Of a DNA stretch of 64,000 nucleotides, positions 38,959 through 48,526 are shown one piece after another. This DNA comes from a virus (taxonomy: Duplodnaviria > Caudoviricetes). A program made the translations under genes and the position numbers. The notes under the pieces were generated by a model. The model saw only the letters and a list, made by a program, of their open reading frames with translations. It was not told the origin of the DNA and made no database searches. The DNA lies in the IMG/VR virus record IMGVR_UViG_3300037067_012889, positions 224,001-288,000 of that record; one strand, 5' to 3'. Numbering within the stretch: position 1 is the stretch's first letter; each line of letters begins with the position of its first letter.

Positions 38959-40331
38959 TATATTCCCTTACCAACATCTTTTGCTGAAGCATTCCTGTCA
39001 AGCCTATAGCAATATAAGTCCGTGATCCAGCTACCAGGTTTATAGATATGATGAAATCCATAAACAATCCAGTTACCTGCAACAAAATATGGCGGGCCAC
39101 CATCGACAGACGATGATAATGTAATATTTATAGTATCGGCACCAAGACCCTCAGAACCAGACCATATATAATGGCCCATAACACGAAATCGTATACGTAA
39201 CAGTGTCGAGCTGGACGACAGATAGATACCACGCGCTATGCCATCGATATATTCATGATATCTCAGCCCCATATCACCAGCAGAAAATTCTGGTATCGAT
39301 GCAACATCGCTCCAACCTACACATCCATCATCAGTTGGATCAGCATTAGCATTTGGCTTTATATATGATCTCTTAAGTATGTTGTTAGAAACATCGACTT
39401 TTGGTTTGAATTTATTACTAGTCTGATTATCTCCAACAAATACTACGTCTTTATTCTTTTTATATTGTGATTGATCAAAATATGCACCAGACACAGCCGA
39501 TATGCCGCTTGTAACCAATTGATGCTGTATCATTTGCAATGCATTATCGCCAATAAATTCCCAATCGATTATGTCACCGGTTCTAGCATCTTGTGTTCCT
39601 GAATAACCTCTCCATTCATAAGTTGCTCTATATTGCGATTCCATAGAAGCTTGTTCTTTGATTATCAGCTTATCGCCATCTGGATATAGCAACCATCTCG
39701 TTTTGTTCTCTGATAACGAAGTAGACCATTCTAACAAAGACATTATGAATGTCTTTGGATCCATCCTCATTTGCCACCATCTATTGAATTTGTTGTCTTG
39801 TGTCTCGCTATCAAAAACCACCTCACATCTACTTTTACTATATTTAGTGACAACTTGTTGTATGACAGAAGATATATTTCCTTGATAACTCGCACCGCCA
39901 GCATCACCACCAGCAAGAATATATGATGGATAGTCAACAGCTAGAAATTCTATCTCTGAAGCATTCGTATTTCCACTTGGTGCCATTGTAACAAGTGCAT
40001 GGCTTTGCGTTTCTGTCTTAACATTAGAACTAGTATTCCATTTTATGAGACTTTGGATCTCTACTGGTGCCATTACTTCTGAACGACTATAATCAAAATA
40101 TTCATTACCAACAAAATTTTTGTAGATCGTAAAATATGGATCTAGAAATTTGGCACGTACCTGCTCGCCACCATTAAGCATTGCCATGAATTCATATTTA
40201 ACACAACTACCTCCGACATCTACACCAACAGATGACGGCATAGAAGGCGTGCGTATTTTCACAACAACGATTGGCGATGCGCCTACTTGTGCGATACTAT
40301 CGTCAATTAAGCGCTTACTACTAGTAGCCAC
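38958..40331 (-). CDS. Baseplate hub protein (gp27/late-control-D-like)
   Basis: SYQGNISSVIQQV, WWQ..DP..FI, and C-terminal GNWIVYGFHHIY..G.WITDL. Confidence 0.6.
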   Translation of the reverse strand: MATSSKRLIDDSIAQVGASPIVVVKIRTPSMPSSVGVDVGGSCVKYEFMAMLNGGEQVRAKFLDPYFTIYKNFVGNEYFDYSRSEVMAPVEIQSLIKWNTSSNVKTETQSHALVTMAPSGNTNASEIEFLAVDYPSYILAGGDAGGASYQGNISSVIQQVVTKYSKSRCEVVFDSETQDNKFNRWWQMRMDPKTFIMSLLEWSTSLSENKTRWLLYPDGDKLIIKEQASMESQYRATYEWRGYSGTQDARTGDIIDWEFIGDNALQMIQHQLVTSGISAVSGAYFDQSQYKKNKDVVFVGDNQTSNKFKPKVDVSNNILKRSYIKPNANADPTDDGCVGWSDVASIPEFSAGDMGLRYHEYIDGIARGIYLSSSSTLLRIRFRVMGHYIWSGSEGLGADTINITLSSSVDGGPPYFVAGNWIVYGFHHIYKPGSWITDLYCYRLDRNASAKDVGKGI

Positions 40332-40601
40332 ATGAAACTCCTCTTTATCAAGTTTGACCCCGTCAAGAAACCGGCATTATTCCTCCTAATGGATGACGAT
40401 GGCAAGAGACTGGCACTGTTAAAACACCAGGCAATGGATAAATCGGAAATACCGATAATCCGAGCAGCGTTTCCGAAGTTAAAGAGAATGTCGCTGCCTG
40501 AAAAAATGGCATGGTTTCGGAGGCTACGTTCGTGGAAGATTGCATATAGACAATTCACTAAAGCAAAAGTTACCATTCTCTCGGAGTATACACCAAAGTA
40601 A
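40332..40601 (+). CDS. Hypothetical basic protein
   Basis: 89-aa ORF, back-to-back with the 40331 gene. Confidence 0.5.
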   Translation: MKLLFIKFDPVKKPALFLLMDDDGKRLALLKHQAMDKSEIPIIRAAFPKLKRMSLPEKMAWFRRLRSWKIAYRQFTKAKVTILSEYTPK

Positions 40602-40660
40602 TACTATATCTACCGACTTCACAAAATTTAGCTGGTGCCGTCGTCGTGCTATAATAAGAT

Positions 40661-41017
40661 ATGATGAAATATAAACAGCTTAGACAGAGATATATAGATT
40701 ATCTCTCTGTAACCACAGAATGTCGTGATCTCAAAAGTAGAGTTCGCAATGGTGAGTTGTCTAGCGCCCGCTTGACTGCTTGCGAATCAGAAATAGCACG
40801 ACTATCAAAAGAAATAGATGATTACGAGGCATTTTTCACACACCTCGAAAAGATTGGCGATCCGGTATGGATTAAAATGGCAAAAGAATTAGATATGGAA
40901 TTCGAGAACGATAATCCGAGCCCGATAAGTTTCTGGCAAATAATGAAAAAATTCATCGGGACAGTATCTATGCTGATTGTTGGTATGTGGGTGATTGATC
41001 GCCTACGAAGAAAATAA
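40661..41017 (+). CDS. Hypothetical protein (coiled coil plus C-terminal TM)
   Basis: 118-aa ORF. Confidence 0.55.
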   Translation: MMKYKQLRQRYIDYLSVTTECRDLKSRVRNGELSSARLTACESEIARLSKEIDDYEAFFTHLEKIGDPVWIKMAKELDMEFENDNPSPISFWQIMKKFIGTVSMLIVGMWVIDRLRRK

Positions 41018-42103
41018 TCATACCAACAATTTAGGCTTCGGCGCGGCCGTAAGCTGCTTCAACCTGTTTTCTAGATATAGTCGTTGTTGCAGGTTGTACG
41101 GCTTAACACTTTTCTCAAAAATGCTCCTAATTGCCGCGTCGTCTTCCACTTTAGTTAGATCATTCCAATCGTTACTCATTTTGCCATCTGGAAGTTTAAT
41201 AATCGGTGGCAACGCATAATAAAGCTTATACTTGAGCGGCTGCAACATTAAAGCGTTGTGGAATATGCTCTCGATTCCAGCTTTATCGTGATCAGGGGCT
41301 AAAATTATCCCATCTTTAGGACCAAGTAACCGTATTTTCTTGGCCTGAGTATCCGTAAGTGATGCACCGCCTGTTGCTAAACATTGGTCCTCTAATGTCA
41401 AGCAATTAAAGATAGATTCAGTGATGATTATAAAACTAGCTGGCTCTATTTGGTCAAAAGCATAAAAGAATTGACCCTTTGTCACTCCGACGCTTTCAGG
41501 CGGAAAACGAAAAATCTTGTTTATTCGCGATCTGCTTTGCCAGTAAACAAGATCGTCATATTCATAATATGGCCACACAACATTCAAACCATTGTACATT
41601 ATCCTATATTTCTCGATTTTTCTCTTACCGACACCTCTACTTTCTAACCAAGTAATCAAACCAGCAACCAGTTTTGGTTGCGATTTACCGAACTCTGTCG
41701 TACCGCTTGGGAGTTCAAGAGATGCAGTTTCTTTTGATTCTGATAAAAGACGTGTTCTGTGCCATTTTAATAGCGACAAAGCACCAGAAGACACTCCCAA
41801 AACGTCTTGTAATGCTTCAGAAAACGAGCATCGGCCTCGTTGTTGTATTAAATATTGCTGGACGAATCTTATGAACGTCCTACTATTCATACCACCGGTA
41901 TTTAGACTATAGCCAGACCAAGCAGAATCACCTCTCCAATCATGGACGCAACCCTTGGTTATACTTATATTGAAATGATAACCAGAGTCGCCATTAAACG
42001 GATTGTTAATCCTTAATTCTTCACCATCTTTCCTTGGTTTACAATCAGGAAAATTCTTATAGACCCAAGCTGCTATCTTATCTGGTGGTAGTGGTATTCG
42101 CAT
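41018..42103 (-). CDS. DNA primase-like protein (DnaG/gp61 TOPRIM)
   Basis: WLESRG, VVWPYY..LVYWQSR, IIITESIFN, ATGG, APDHDKAG, NDWND. Confidence 0.75.
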   Translation of the reverse strand: MRIPLPPDKIAAWVYKNFPDCKPRKDGEELRINNPFNGDSGYHFNISITKGCVHDWRGDSAWSGYSLNTGGMNSRTFIRFVQQYLIQQRGRCSFSEALQDVLGVSSGALSLLKWHRTRLLSESKETASLELPSGTTEFGKSQPKLVAGLITWLESRGVGKRKIEKYRIMYNGLNVVWPYYEYDDLVYWQSRSRINKIFRFPPESVGVTKGQFFYAFDQIEPASFIIITESIFNCLTLEDQCLATGGASLTDTQAKKIRLLGPKDGIILAPDHDKAGIESIFHNALMLQPLKYKLYYALPPIIKLPDGKMSNDWNDLTKVEDDAAIRSIFEKSVKPYNLQQRLYLENRLKQLTAAPKPKLLV

Positions 42104-42124
42104 ATGCCGTGAAATACCGCAATA

Positions 42125-45100
42125 CTACGTTATCTTAAATGTCGTACTGGCGTGTGAGTAATATGTAGTACTAGTGTCCTCGTTAAAGATATATCCCATC
42201 ATATAATAAGTACCGGCCGCTACTGGTGTCGTGTCCCAGTCAAACGTCCAAGAGCCATTAGCCCCAGAAATCAAGCCAAACGACGCCCAGCCGGCTGCCG
42301 TATAGCCTGTTTTACTAGTAGTGTAACCGAGATTCACTTTATATGTAATACCTGGCTGAAGACCGGAAGCAGTCCATGTAACCGTGATATGTGTGCCTCT
42401 AGCATAACTTCCAGATAGCGGAGCTGTGATTGTGAATGTTACGGTCGGCAATGGCGTCCCTATTACTTGCGAATGCCATATTCCCACTATACCGCCAGAT
42501 GGGGCAACTCCTTGATAACCGCACCATGCCGCAACCCATTTTCCAGTACTATTATTACGTGCAACGTCGGGCCAATATTGATTGTCAATACCACGATGTG
42601 CTAGATTTGGATTATTAACAATATATTCATCTGTTGTCGCCACACCAGCAGCAGTAAAGCTTCTAGCAAGAATACCATATTTAGAAATGTTAGCAATCGG
42701 ATCGTCTGGAATATATGGATTATCCCATATGACTGTAAAATTGCCATCACGATCACACGCGATGCGATTGACATTCTGACCATAGTCACGTTTAGCTGTG
42801 TTAGCTAAAAATGGTACAGCCAATGCTGTGCCAGAACTATTATAACACCGGGTCCAAGTAGAATAACCACTTATTGTGCTACTATAGGCAGACCATATAA
42901 CAGTGAAAGCGCCAGATGCAGCCACTGCAACGTCAACACTAGCATTACTGCTACCTATCACTTCGTTTACAGTGTTAGTGTTAAATTCTGCTGCATATGG
43001 AACACCAGTAGATTTATATCTTCGGCACCAAGTAGAAGCATTGGCAGTAGTTGTTTGGTATGACCAAACAATAACAAAATCACCAGTCTCAGCAACACCC
43101 ACAGAAGGAAGTGTGCAATACCAATCACTTCCAGATGCATCGGATGTAGGAGTATTAACCTCGAAGTTGCTAGCAACCATGGTGCCAGCACCATCATAGC
43201 GCTGGCATTCGATATCTTGATACCAATTACCCGGAAATCCTGGTTTATTTGTAAGCCATAACCTTTCCCATACAACAATAAAGCTCTTATCAACTTGGTT
43301 CATCGAGATAGCTGGATTATAAAACCACGAATATGAAATAGCATTAACGCGGAATTGATTTCCAAGAGGTGTGCCGTTAGCACTATACATTCTTGCTTGA
43401 ATACCGCTACGTACAACAGCATCCGCTGTGTAATCAATATCCGGACCCGCCCACACAATCACAAAGGTGCCGTCTGGTGCCATAGCGATATCGGGAAACG
43501 AACTTGTTTGATCGCTGTACGACGGCACCACAAATTGTGGCGTCGTAGGATTGCCATTAGCATTAAAACATTGTGCCATTACGACTGGAACATTGTTGTT
43601 ATCATAATTGGCCCAAGTTATAGCAAACCGGCCATCATCGGCTGCATCTGAAACACGTGGATAAAGGTCATTGTGTGTTACTGGTTCTGGCGAAATCGGC
43701 TCTTGCGATTGTGATGGCGACGGTGATATTGAAGGCGATCTTGAAAGCGACGGCGATATTGAAGGCGATCTTGAAGGCGACGGCAATGATGGTGATGTAG
43801 AAGGCGACGGCAGCGATGGCGAAGGTAATGGCGAAGGTACTGACAATGAAGGTGTTGGCGACGGTGCTGATGGTGATACAGAAAGAGACGGAAGAGAAGG
43901 AGATACTGAAAATGAAGCCGACATCAGAGGAGAAAACGACAACGATGGCGACAACAAAGATGCAGAAGGAGATGGCGATGGTGATGGCGTTGGCGACAAT
44001 GATTGTGATGCGTATGAAGAAAGAGATAAGCTAAGAGATGGAGATGGCGGTGGTGGTAGTGGTGTAGGTGTTGGCGGCGGTGGAGGAGAAGGAGGCGGTA
44101 GTGAGGGTTTACAATCTTCTATAAATTCACCAAAATATGTCAATTTTCTCGGACATGTAGCAACAGCACTAAACCACATTTGTGATATTACATCGCCAGA
44201 ACTATCTAATCCTTTAATAAGCCATAATCTCTGAGTCCCCTTGGGGTGTCCTTCAACTTCAAGTGATCCAGATGCAGCGAAACTACCATAATAAACGCCT
44301 TCACAACCAGAGCAACACAAATCTCTACAATATAGCTTCGTACTGACAATATCGGTAGAGTCAGAAAACCATTCTAAAGTATATGGTGTACTTGCTCTTA
44401 CATATGGCGTATTGTATCCAGATGCACGCAAGTATTGGTAACCAGGAACTGAAAATGCAACAGTAAGCTTCTCGATATAAGTAGGGACAAAAGGATTGCT
44501 ATTGCCAAACATCACATCGTGCGTAAAATATTCTCCAAGATTTATTGTTGTTCCTGTCGATCCTAAAACCAACCCACCACTCCAAACATCACCTTTTTCT
44601 GGAACATTAAGCCCGGAATATTCTAATTGATGTGTGTACCAAGTTGCATATTGTGTCGTAAAGATAGTATGATCTATATCTGCGATTTCTATCGGCTGTG
44701 ACACCCATTGATTTGTTTCAAGATCGGTAACAGTGCAAGGATATAATATTGAAGCTTCATCCAAGAAAGCTGTGTAAGGTATTATATTTGGCCATCGGCA
44801 AATACGTAAGAGTGCCAAAACTGAATTCAATGTAGCTTCGTCATATGCGACTGAAATGTTGTCCTGATTGAGGCTCTGTAATTCTCTATTGATTCTCGTT
44901 ATCACGCCTTTGGTATCTGTTGATAACAAGCTAGCTATAGTGACGTTACCCCACATGTTCACGAACGGCGTGCCGGGCATCAGACTAGCATTTACAAAAC
45001 CAGTCAACATATATCTATTATCAAATGATATTGTATATTCTGGCGTTCCTGTTGACGAGGCCGTCGATAAGCTTATCTTGTTTGTTGGCACAAATTCCAT
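42125..45100 (-). CDS. Large virion-surface/adhesin-like protein with Pro/Ser stalk and beta-repeat domain
   Basis: Start ATG 45100 (GGAG SD). SPS-rich linker, repeats of P.(I/V)A...G.F.(I/V).W...(Q/R).Y...G...EF.VN, Ig-like C-terminus. Confidence 0.65.
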   Translation of the reverse strand: MEFVPTNKISLSTASSTGTPEYTISFDNRYMLTGFVNASLMPGTPFVNMWGNVTIASLLSTDTKGVITRINRELQSLNQDNISVAYDEATLNSVLALLRICRWPNIIPYTAFLDEASILYPCTVTDLETNQWVSQPIEIADIDHTIFTTQYATWYTHQLEYSGLNVPEKGDVWSGGLVLGSTGTTINLGEYFTHDVMFGNSNPFVPTYIEKLTVAFSVPGYQYLRASGYNTPYVRASTPYTLEWFSDSTDIVSTKLYCRDLCCSGCEGVYYGSFAASGSLEVEGHPKGTQRLWLIKGLDSSGDVISQMWFSAVATCPRKLTYFGEFIEDCKPSLPPPSPPPPPTPTPLPPPPSPSLSLSLSSYASQSLSPTPSPSPSPSASLLSPSLSFSPLMSASFSVSPSLPSLSVSPSAPSPTPSLSVPSPLPSPSLPSPSTSPSLPSPSRSPSISPSLSRSPSISPSPSQSQEPISPEPVTHNDLYPRVSDAADDGRFAITWANYDNNNVPVVMAQCFNANGNPTTPQFVVPSYSDQTSSFPDIAMAPDGTFVIVWAGPDIDYTADAVVRSGIQARMYSANGTPLGNQFRVNAISYSWFYNPAISMNQVDKSFIVVWERLWLTNKPGFPGNWYQDIECQRYDGAGTMVASNFEVNTPTSDASGSDWYCTLPSVGVAETGDFVIVWSYQTTTANASTWCRRYKSTGVPYAAEFNTNTVNEVIGSSNASVDVAVAASGAFTVIWSAYSSTISGYSTWTRCYNSSGTALAVPFLANTAKRDYGQNVNRIACDRDGNFTVIWDNPYIPDDPIANISKYGILARSFTAAGVATTDEYIVNNPNLAHRGIDNQYWPDVARNNSTGKWVAAWCGYQGVAPSGGIVGIWHSQVIGTPLPTVTFTITAPLSGSYARGTHITVTWTASGLQPGITYKVNLGYTTSKTGYTAAGWASFGLISGANGSWTFDWDTTPVAAGTYYMMGYIFNEDTSTTYYSHASTTFKIT
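43680..44110 (-). repeat. Low-complexity Pro/Ser coding repeat, including a 30-bp tandem duplication near 43717-43780
   Basis: Unit gcgacgg(t/c)gatattgaaggcgatcttgaa(a/g) x2 within the SPS-encoding tract. Confidence 0.8.
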
Positions 45101-45101
45101 A

Positions 45102-47408
45102 TTACGCTCCGCCTTGTAACACAGTGAACCAACAAGCATATTGAGGCGACGTCAAAACACCCTCGCTATTTATAGCAATGATAGCATAATTGTGTAATCC
45201 AGCAGTGCATTTTCCTATCGATACTGTGAAATCCATGCCACCAATAGTTGTGTTAGCGATCGGCCCAGTTGTTATCGCTAATTTCACACCATCAAGCCAC
45301 AACGACGCAGCATAAACACCTTTAGCATCATATGCATTAAAAGTGATTAAAAGATCTTGATTTGAATATAGGGTTGTCTGTGACTGACCAGCTGTTTTGA
45401 ATACTGCTGTCGTTCTTTCATCGGAATTGTATTGTGTAATGATGACATTGCGTATTGTCGAATTTGTACTATCAGTTATTACGCAATCAGATGTCGCAGT
45501 CGTCTCTTCCGTTACCGGCATCGGCAAGAACCCATTTACCGCAGTAATGTTAATCTTGTAATATCGATATGAGACGCCGTTAGAGAACGTAAACCATTCT
45601 GACCAGTTATCCATACCCGGTGGATCGATGTTGACTCTCGAATCTAACAAAGTCCAATTACTACCATCGTTAGATCCCAATAGCACGAAATCTTTAGGAA
45701 AGCCGTTTCCACTATCGTAATTCTGCTCATAGATGATTTCATTATTCGCAACGGTTGTACCATTATAATTCTGCTCTTGTATAGCATATTTATTTAATGG
45801 TACCGCATATCCTTCACCAAAATCATAAATAATATACCATGGCGGTACCGACGATGAACTTATCCATCTATCTGATTCACCACTATTAGTACTACTAAAT
45901 GCTTTCCATGCTGAATAGTTCGTAGCACGATAACTTGAATAATATTCGCCACTTGCAGTAACTACATTTGGAACCGGAACATTATCAGATGCCATCGTTG
46001 CGGCGCACGTTGTTGTATTTGTGTTATCTGCACCATCTATCGACGCACAAACTAACTTAAGTTCTGCGATGCTAACATATGTGACACTACCAACTACAGC
46101 AGTCACATTCAATCTATAATAACGATATGCTATACCGTTATCGAAAGTAAAGTATGAAGACCAAAGAGCAGGTCCTGGTGCATTAACACTTGTTCTTGTG
46201 TCTAATATCGTCCAAGTGCTATTGTCATTAGAACCTTGCAACGTAAAATCTTTCGGGAATCCAAGATAATTTGGTGAATTCCGTTCTTGTATTGCATACT
46301 TATTCACAATTACTGCAGTATTAAAATCATACTGCAAATAATGTGGAAGAGCCGTAGCCGCACTTAACCACCGATCATTTTCATCAGTGCATGTACCATT
46401 AAATGCCAGCCATGCCCCGGCTTGTTCACTATCCGCACTAGCTATATATGGAGACGGTGTTACGTCGGACGTCATAATAGTAGTACAAGTCGTGGTTGAT
46501 GCATTATTGGAACCATTCGTTTGTGTGCGAACGAATTTTATCTCACCAATAATTGCACAAGTAGATGGAAATGGATCTAATATAACTGTAGCGGGTGACG
46601 ATACTTCAACTGTAGTCGTTTGTTCAGCGTAAACTGTGGTGGTCGTTGTCTCAGCTATTACTTGTTGAACTGGCAATTCGCTCGTATCCATGCCGGGCAT
46701 CGGGAGTCCTGCACCAGCGACAGAAATAGCACCAGTAGCACCGGCAACCTTGTTAAATCTGATTGGTAATATTTCGCTCTGTGATATTCTCGATTTTATT
46801 ATGTTAAAAATGCACGAGTCATTATAACATCCTGGTGTATATGGATGTACTGGCATAATTACATCCTTGTTGACAAACACTATACTACTGCGAGATGCCA
46901 CAGCCGTGCTATATGTTATTTCCGTCAATTCATTCGTCGACAAATTCCGCGAATAGACCAAATAATCGTTTGTTGGAAATATGTTTTTACAAGAAGCAAC
47001 ATCTTTAACTGTCGATACCGCACTCGGATTTATTAAATCACGTTCGATTTTAATATCTGAGACGTCATATGATGTAGTTGCTGTTGTATCTATTACTTTT
47101 TTACTCTGCAAATATGCCAATAATTGATTGGCGTCCTGCATAGTAACGCTACCATCACCATTCACATCAACATATGGTGAACTTGTTGGTTTGTTCCTGG
47201 GTAATGTACCACTACCATGAGCAGATATGTAGTTAAGTATAGCATTGTAATCATCTATATCGACTACGCCGTCAGACAATACATCAAAACGATTTCCAGG
47301 GTTTTGCCATCTAGATACTCCAAGTATAACATTGCTAGTACTGAAGCTACTTATCAACGGCGTAATCTGGATTACTTCTACATAGGTTGTTAGTCCAATT
47401 TGTGCCAT
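45102..47408 (-). CDS. Virion-surface protein: dockerin-like domain plus two F5/8 type C (discoidin) domains
   Basis: WQNPGNRFDV..DG...YVDVNGDG.V...DA; two copies of AW.AF..W...YDF...NKYAIQE..GFPKDF.L.GSND...WT.LD.R...YRYY. Confidence 0.75.
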   Translation of the reverse strand: MAQIGLTTYVEVIQITPLISSFSTSNVILGVSRWQNPGNRFDVLSDGVVDIDDYNAILNYISAHGSGTLPRNKPTSSPYVDVNGDGSVTMQDANQLLAYLQSKKVIDTTATTSYDVSDIKIERDLINPSAVSTVKDVASCKNIFPTNDYLVYSRNLSTNELTEITYSTAVASRSSIVFVNKDVIMPVHPYTPGCYNDSCIFNIIKSRISQSEILPIRFNKVAGATGAISVAGAGLPMPGMDTSELPVQQVIAETTTTTVYAEQTTTVEVSSPATVILDPFPSTCAIIGEIKFVRTQTNGSNNASTTTCTTIMTSDVTPSPYIASADSEQAGAWLAFNGTCTDENDRWLSAATALPHYLQYDFNTAVIVNKYAIQERNSPNYLGFPKDFTLQGSNDNSTWTILDTRTSVNAPGPALWSSYFTFDNGIAYRYYRLNVTAVVGSVTYVSIAELKLVCASIDGADNTNTTTCAATMASDNVPVPNVVTASGEYYSSYRATNYSAWKAFSSTNSGESDRWISSSSVPPWYIIYDFGEGYAVPLNKYAIQEQNYNGTTVANNEIIYEQNYDSGNGFPKDFVLLGSNDGSNWTLLDSRVNIDPPGMDNWSEWFTFSNGVSYRYYKINITAVNGFLPMPVTEETTATSDCVITDSTNSTIRNVIITQYNSDERTTAVFKTAGQSQTTLYSNQDLLITFNAYDAKGVYAASLWLDGVKLAITTGPIANTTIGGMDFTVSIGKCTAGLHNYAIIAINSEGVLTSPQYACWFTVLQGGA

Positions 47409-47412
47409 CGTT

Positions 47413-48288
47413 TTATGATATTGTTAGACTAAATTTTGGACTGCACCGCGTTGTTCCATCTGGCAAAATTGCCGTGATCCTATATTGATACGTGCCTTTC
47501 AAAAACTTCGATGTATCGACCATATATCTAAAGACATACGGATTAGAACGATATGAACCCTGCCGTAAACCAATTGTCAATGGCTCCTCGTCTACTAAAA
47601 TTTCATTGTTTTCAGTAGAAACCATAATAGTGCCAGTCAAGTATGGCAATATTGGTGCGACTAAATTAAAATCATAATCATATAACGGTAACGGCATAAT
47701 CCCAATTTCAAGCGGCCTAATCTCTGGTTGATTGTATTTCTGATCGAGAGGCTCAAAACCAAGCCTAATTGCTGTAAGTGAATCTTGTACATCCCAATTG
47801 TCTGAATAGACCCAGAATTTATTACAAGATTGTAATATTAGACCGCTAATTTCCGGATCATCTAAATCCTGATATTGAGTGCAGCCAGAAGTATCAGTTA
47901 CACATTTACCAGCATATTCTTCCATCTCACATGGATTTGTCGGTATGTAACTCCAAACGTCAAAATAAACATCTGGAACTGACGCATCGGGTGGTATATC
48001 AAGCAATAATCTATATTCCCCTGGAACTATAACACCTTCTTGGCCTTCTGTACCGCATGGACCACATTCGGTATTAGTTCTGATATATTCAACAGGGGAA
48101 GGATAATTTGGATCGCATGGATCTACAACAACAAAGGAGGCAATCAGATTAGATGGTAATATCTGAGTTTTATAAATATCAACTTTGCGGATTGCGTATG
48201 GTGCGGTCGCCACACCACCACGCATAAATCGTGTATCCAATTGCACGATATTTCCAGCTCTAGCAGATATTCGCTGATATGTAGCCAT
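47413..48288 (-). CDS. Hypothetical (probable structural) protein
   Basis: GAGGTG SD and CAAAGATA motif; heads the adhesin operon. Confidence 0.6.
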   Translation of the reverse strand: MATYQRISARAGNIVQLDTRFMRGGVATAPYAIRKVDIYKTQILPSNLIASFVVVDPCDPNYPSPVEYIRTNTECGPCGTEGQEGVIVPGEYRLLLDIPPDASVPDVYFDVWSYIPTNPCEMEEYAGKCVTDTSGCTQYQDLDDPEISGLILQSCNKFWVYSDNWDVQDSLTAIRLGFEPLDQKYNQPEIRPLEIGIMPLPLYDYDFNLVAPILPYLTGTIMVSTENNEILVDEEPLTIGLRQGSYRSNPYVFRYMVDTSKFLKGTYQYRITAILPDGTTRCSPKFSLTIS

Positions 48289-48307
48289 ACATTCACCTCG
48301 GTTTCCA

Positions 48308-48315
48308 TATCTTTG
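48308..48315 (-). promoter_or_regulatory. Putative late promoter CAAAnwTw (representative copy, CAAAGATA)
   Basis: The motif also occurs at 1767, 2197, 11919, 16216, 49626, 50822, 51480, 56009 and 63076, each upstream of a gene start. Confidence 0.55.
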
Positions 48316-48330
48316 CTAGGCAAGAGATTA

Positions 48331-48513
48331 TTATCGTTGTAGATTAGATGGCATTGAACTGGATTCTTTTTTCCTGCGTTCTTCTGCGACCTTTTCTAAT
48401 TTTCTATACCACCAAGCACGCTCTTCACCAGTCATTGAATTCTGTTCAAAAAGCGTAATTTCTCCGGTGCCACCAACACCACATCGTAATGCAAATTGCT
48501 GTTCCATTTGCAT
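48331..48513 (-). CDS. Small baseplate/tail assembly protein (gp51-like or chaperone T-segment)
   Basis: EQQF.L.....MT.EER.WW..KL, directly after the gp26-like gene. Confidence 0.55.
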   Translation of the reverse strand: MQMEQQFALRCGVGGTGEITLFEQNSMTGEERAWWYRKLEKVAEERRKKESSSMPSNLQR

Positions 48514-48526
48514 TTCCCATTCTTTC

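Noticed and set aside
43671-44234. Plus-strand Gly/Asp/Glu-rich ORF
   Set aside because: Antisense mirror of the Ser/Pro linker of 42125..45100.
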